Positions 63,251 to 64,000 of a stretch of DNA of 64,000 bases are shown here, piece by piece. The DNA is from Eledone cirrhosa (lineage: Eukaryota). Within the stretch, counting starts at the first letter, position 1. Every line of letters starts with the position of its first letter. The stretch is taken from contig OZ024750.1 of NCBI GenBank assembly GCA_964016885.1, forward strand, positions 42,842,001 to 42,906,000, given 5' to 3'. Under the pieces are notes generated by a model. The model was given only the letters and a program-made list of their open reading frames with translations, did not search any database and was not told where the DNA came from. A program made the position numbers and the translations under genes.

Positions 63251-64000
63251 GTTGTCATCATCATTGTCTTTGTCACCACCACAGTTGTCATCATCATTGT
63301 CTTTGTCACACAACAGTTGTCATCATCATTGTCTTTGTCACCACCACAGTTGTCATCATCATTGTCACTGTCACCAACACAGTTGTCATCATCATTGTCT
63401 TTGTCACCACCACAGTTGTCACAATCATTGTAATTGTCATCACCACAGTTGTCATCATCATTGTCACTGTCACCACCACAGTTGTCATCATCATTGTCTT
63501 TGTCACCAACACAGTTGTCATCATCATTGTCATTGTCACCAACACAGTTGTCATCATCATTGTCATTGTCACCAACACAGTTGTCATCATCATTGTCATT
63601 GTCACCACCACAGTTATCATTGTCATTGTCACCACCACAGTTGTCATCATCATTGTCACTGTCACCACCACAGTTGTCATCATCATTGTCTTTGTCACCA
63701 CCACAGTTGTCATCATCATTGTCACTGTCACCACCACAGTTGTCATCATCATTGTCTTTGTCACCAACACAGTTGTCATCATCATTGTCATTGTCACCAA
63801 CACAGTTGTCATCATCATTGTCATTGTCACCAACACAGTTGTCATCATCATTGTCATTGTCACCACCACAGTTATCATTGTCATTGTCACCACCACAGTT
63901 GTCATCATCATTGTCATTGTCACCAGCACAGTTGTCACCATCATTGTCACTGTCACCACCACAGTTGTCATCATCATTGTCACTGTCACCACCACAGTTG

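Larger units (their letters stand above)
1..64000. repeat. Satellite/minisatellite array, 33-bp consensus CACAGTTGTCATCATCATTGTCATTGTCACCAC with 15/21/27-bp derivative units; extends beyond both window ends
   Basis: The monomer is seen in every line, always in the same orientation. I saw no non-repeat insertion or inversion. All six-frame translations are 11-residue (or 5-residue) periodic. Confidence 0.99.
35680..64000. repeat. Right sub-array: nearly pure 33-mers with 27-mers and a distinct variant set
   Basis: Variants first seen here are GTAATT (about 35684), CACTGTTGTC (about 35907), GTCTTTG (about 36477) and CACTTTTG (about 37291). ACCAAC and the 27-mer CACAGTTATCATTGTCATTGTCACCAC are frequent. 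15-mers are sparse and nearly all of the CACCAC type. Confidence 0.92.

Noticed and set aside
18-63433. Dozens of plus-strand Ser/Leu/Pro/Gln ORFs (SLSPPQLSSS)n
   Set aside because: This frame is repeatedly broken by stops because TCA, TTG and CAG are one step from stops. The stops are copied between duplicates, and the starts are arbitrary TTG codons inside the repeat.
1-64000. CRISPR array (33 bp is a typical repeat length)
   Set aside because: Units are directly adjacent with no unique spacers. There is no leader, palindrome or cas gene.
1-64000. Sixth frame read with TGA recoded (WQWQWWWQLWW under UGA=Trp, or poly-Sec)
   Set aside because: There is no evidence for a variant code or a SECIS element. 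The TGA density is simply the complement of the TCA triplets.
1-64000. Telomerase- or reverse-transcriptase-templated product, with truncated units resembling template realignment
   Set aside because: Multi-kb blocks share both unit order and rare substitutions, which indicates DNA-level copying rather than repeated synthesis from one short template.
1-64000. Mobile elements, tRNA/rRNA genes, promoters, terminators, inverted repeats
   Set aside because: No non-repeat sequence or reverse-orientation unit was seen anywhere in the window.

Overview
The whole 64 kb window is one head-to-tail tandem array in a single orientation, with no unique sequence, and it runs off both ends. The consensus monomer is 33 bp, CACAGTTGTCATCATCATTGTCATTGTCACCAC (10 C, 8 A, 4 G, 11 T; 42% GC; no CpG). 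It is interleaved with deletion derivatives of 15, 21 and 27 bp. There are two sub-domains. The left one (1 to about 35.0 kb) is a 33/15-bp mosaic that repeatedly forms a 156-bp higher-order unit. The right one (about 35.7 kb to the end) is almost pure 33-mer with a different set of variants. Rare shared variants reveal many nested 0.5-14 kb duplications. The giant ORFs are best explained as a by-product of a 3-periodic repeat whose codons rarely mutate to stops. Five small indels switch frames, and three TGA codons interrupt the only protein-like (Asp/Asn/Cys/Gly) frame. No gene, RNA gene, CRISPR array or mobile element can be supported. The best interpretation is satellite/minisatellite DNA, probably eukaryotic (inference); the organism cannot be identified from this window. 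Offsets were read by eye and cross-checked against the ORF track; block boundaries are approximate.
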